A stretch of DNA of 64,000 nucleotides. Origin: Eledone cirrhosa. Taxonomy: Eukaryota. Below the pieces are notes generated by a model, which ran no database searches, was not told the DNA's origin, and saw only the letters and a program-made list of their open reading frames with translations. A program made the position numbers and the translations under genes. This document shows, piece after piece, positions 62,950 through 64,000 of the stretch (position 1 is the stretch's first letter; the number at the start of each line of letters is the position of its first letter). Where the stretch lies: the NCBI GenBank assembly GCA_964016885.1, contig OZ024746.1, positions 60,636,001-60,700,000 on the forward strand, written 5' to 3'.

Positions 62950-64000
62950 TTGTTGTGTATATATGAGACAATCACTTGATCACCTATAGATCAGGGGAAC
63001 ACGCCAGTCAGATAGATTATATCCTTACCAGAAGACGTGATAGAGTGTCTGTTCTAAACACTAAATCCCTCCCCCATGAAGAATACACCTCCCAACATAG
63101 ACTCATAGTCAGGACAAGACGTACTCGACAACAGAGGAGGACTATCCTCAGGAGAAAAATATGGAAGCTAAAGAACTTCACAACCAGTAATAAATTTAAA
63201 AGCATATTACTTGATGCTTTCGACAGTAAGGAAGAGCAATTAGAGTCGTACAATATAGAGGAACAGTGGGAATTCCTGAAAGCTAACCTGCTGAAGGCGG
63301 CAGATGAAGTCTGTGGCTGGAGCAGGCCTATGGGCAGGAGGAGAGTAATGTGGTGGTGGAACAGTAATGTGGAGAAGTGAATTAAGGCCAAAAAGCAGGC
63401 TTGGAAAGTTTGGCGGGATGGGGGAAGTAGAGAAGACTATCAAGTGGCCAGGAGGGAAGCTAGGAGACAAGTGTACTTCGCAAGAAGGGAAGCAGAGGAA
63501 AGAAAGTTCAAGCATGTTCTACAACGCGAGGACCAAAAACATGAGGTGTTCAGGATTGCTAGGCAATGTGTCAAGGAAAACAGTGATATTGTCGGGGAGA
63601 AGTGTGTCCTTAATGATGATGGTGTACTTGCCATCACTGACGCTGATAAGAAGGTAGCTTGGAAGTGTCACTACGAAAGGCTACTAAATGAGGAGAATAA
63701 ACTCCCCCACATCGATCCAATAGAGGGACCAGCAGTGCTAGTTGAAGGTAGTATAATAAGTAAGGCAATCAAAGATATGAAGACGGGTAAAGCGGCTGGG
63801 CCTTCAGAAACAGTTGCTGAAATGCTGAAAGCATCTGGAACGGTGGGACACACTATGGTCACCCGGATAGTAAACCAAGTCATACAGAATGGGGCCGTTC
63901 CGAAGGATTGGCGTAGCAGCATCATCATTAACTGCTACAAGGGTAAAGGAGATGCCCTAGATAGGGGTAACTATAGAGGCATTAAATTAATCGACCAGGT
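62950..64000 (+). mobile_element. RTE-clade LINE ORF (end of APE domain to start of RT), degenerate, runs off the window
   Basis: ITYRSGEHASQIDYILTRR, SQHRLIV, WWWNSNVE, MKTGKAAGPS, PKDWRSSIIINCYKGKGDALDRGNYRGIKLIDQ; in-frame stop at about 63378. Confidence 0.92.

Overview
AT-rich, repeat-dense eukaryotic (animal) genomic DNA. The SINE/RTE/MITE content and microsatellite load suggest a cephalopod (Octopus-like) genome; this is inference, not a database result. The ORF track is mostly low-complexity artefact, and the real genes are spliced. (1) A complete 18-exon FTSJ3/SPB1 pre-rRNA 2'-O-methyltransferase lies on the minus strand (CDS 48166->22997). I assembled it by hand: all introns are GT-AG and phase-compatible, giving 2487 nt or 828 aa. 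(2) The last two coding exons of DDX55/SPB4 are also on the minus strand (61813->60490). (3) Between them on the plus strand is an intact single-exon pogo/Tigger (TIGD/CENP-B-like) ORF whose third catalytic Asp is replaced by Arg, a candidate domesticated gene. The rest is a decayed mariner, RTE and CRE non-LTR fragments, a hAT-like remnant, two SINE families, piggyBac-, hAT-, Tc1- and Tigger-type MITEs, and several large minisatellites. The most interesting signals are: the SPB4-TIGD-SPB1 arrangement; a minimal hammerhead-ribozyme-like motif in a two-copy Penelope-like repeat with helix I covariation; several near-perfect long hairpins; and oppositely oriented MITE pairs inside the FTSJ3 pre-mRNA. 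Coordinates were counted by eye, and repeat edges are approximate.
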